NCBI GenBank assembly: GCA_043814055.1
Contig: JBDRKL010000001.1
Span: 1 to 13,642 of the forward strand
Reading direction: 5' to 3'
DNA length: 13,642 bases
From: an archaeon
GTDB lineage: Archaea; Undinarchaeota; Undinarchaeia; Undinarchaeales; JBDRKL01
The translations under genes and the position numbers were made by a program. The notes beneath the pieces are model-generated. The model was not told the DNA's origin. It saw only the letters and a list, made by a program, of their open reading frames with translations, and did not search any database. The first letter of the stretch is position 1, and every line of letters starts with the position of its first letter. This document shows positions 12,775-13,642 of the stretch, piece after piece.

Positions 12775-13623
12775 ATGGCTCAGCGTGATACAGACCTTGG
12801 TGTTGAAACTCTTCCAATAGCGGATAATGAGATACCTGATAACTCCCGTCTGTCTCAGGATATTTGGGACGCGGTTGAAACAAGAATGCACGGAGGTTCT
12901 AATTCTACTTTTAAAAAAGCAATGAAAAAATTCGGTGTGCGTGACTATAGAGATGTTGTTCATATCTGTAAAGGTATGAACTATGGTAACAATGCAATCC
13001 TTGGTTACATTTTCATAACTGAAGTTGCCACTCTGCCTTTTGGAGTTAGGAATGCAGAGCTATTTCTCATTGCAAACAAACGACTTGAAGACTGCGGCGA
13101 ACCTCCTTCTTTTAATTCAAGTGCCGTTCAATCACTTTTTTATGAACAAAAATCACACCAGAGTATTCGCCAGAACAGAGTACCTGATTCGCGGTCATTG
13201 TGCGAAGAACTTTTTGGTCCTGCATTTACTGGGCATCACGGGACTGGCAAGTTAAAATCATCAGAGTTAGGTCGATTGATATTTAACAACGAAAATGCCG
13301 TTTATGTGCGAATTCTTCTAGAAGGGCTAGAACACGAAGAAAAAATACTTAGTATGTTCACGTGGTTTCCTAAACATAATAACGAATTTGTCAGTGCATA
13401 TGTTTTGGAGCGAAAAATTGGAATATCTGTGACTTCTCAACGTCGCTTAAAACGCTTTCTAGTAAAGAATGGAGCTGGGCAGTATCGTCTTGCCACTCAA
13501 AAAGATTCTACTGATGAGCGCAATCCAAAACTCCTTGCACTTGAAATTGCCAAAGTATTCTGCAAATCAAAAGGCAAAGCTTGGAAATCCTTCAAAAACT
13601 CCGGCTTCTGGAAGCAGTTCTGA
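12775..13623 (+). CDS. Hypothetical protein, possible winged-helix segment
   Basis: 282-aa ORF from ATG 12775. EEKILSMF...VSAYVLERKIGIS...RLKRFLVKNGAGQYRL could be a wHTH; no family recognised. Confidence 0.6.
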   Translation: MAQRDTDLGVETLPIADNEIPDNSRLSQDIWDAVETRMHGGSNSTFKKAMKKFGVRDYRDVVHICKGMNYGNNAILGYIFITEVATLPFGVRNAELFLIANKRLEDCGEPPSFNSSAVQSLFYEQKSHQSIRQNRVPDSRSLCEELFGPAFTGHHGTGKLKSSELGRLIFNNENAVYVRILLEGLEHEEKILSMFTWFPKHNNEFVSAYVLERKIGISVTSQRRLKRFLVKNGAGQYRLATQKDSTDERNPKLLALEIAKVFCKSKGKAWKSFKNSGFWKQF

Positions 13624-13642
13624 TTCTACCTAACGCCCAGCA

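Overview
Archaeal genomic window. Cbf5, L14e, archaeal-type CMP kinase, a stand-alone Lrp/AsnC domain and TATA/BRE promoters support this; a DPANN-like lineage is plausible but unproven. It holds the 5' part of a site-2 protease gene, class II lysS plus a DUF4010-like membrane gene, a tandem CPBP/CAAX-protease + coiled-coil operon, a divergent YkgJ/SWIM pair, tRNA-Ser(TGA), an RsmC-like methyltransferase, a Yip1 protein, and the cmk-rpl14e-cbf5 cluster interleaved with AT-rich orphan genes. The main novelty is a ~177-nt tRNA-like multi-arm element (6737-6913) directly upstream of tRNA-Ser. It has a compensated 7-bp acceptor-like stem and tRNA-style D and anticodon-like arms, but three long hairpins where the variable and T arms would be. 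Second, two orphan genes in the cmk-rpl14e-cbf5 cluster end in a direct repeat of the last codons of the gene upstream (15/15 bp and 12/13 bp), suggesting insertion at stop codons. All calls are by-eye motif recognition; no searches or folding programs were run.
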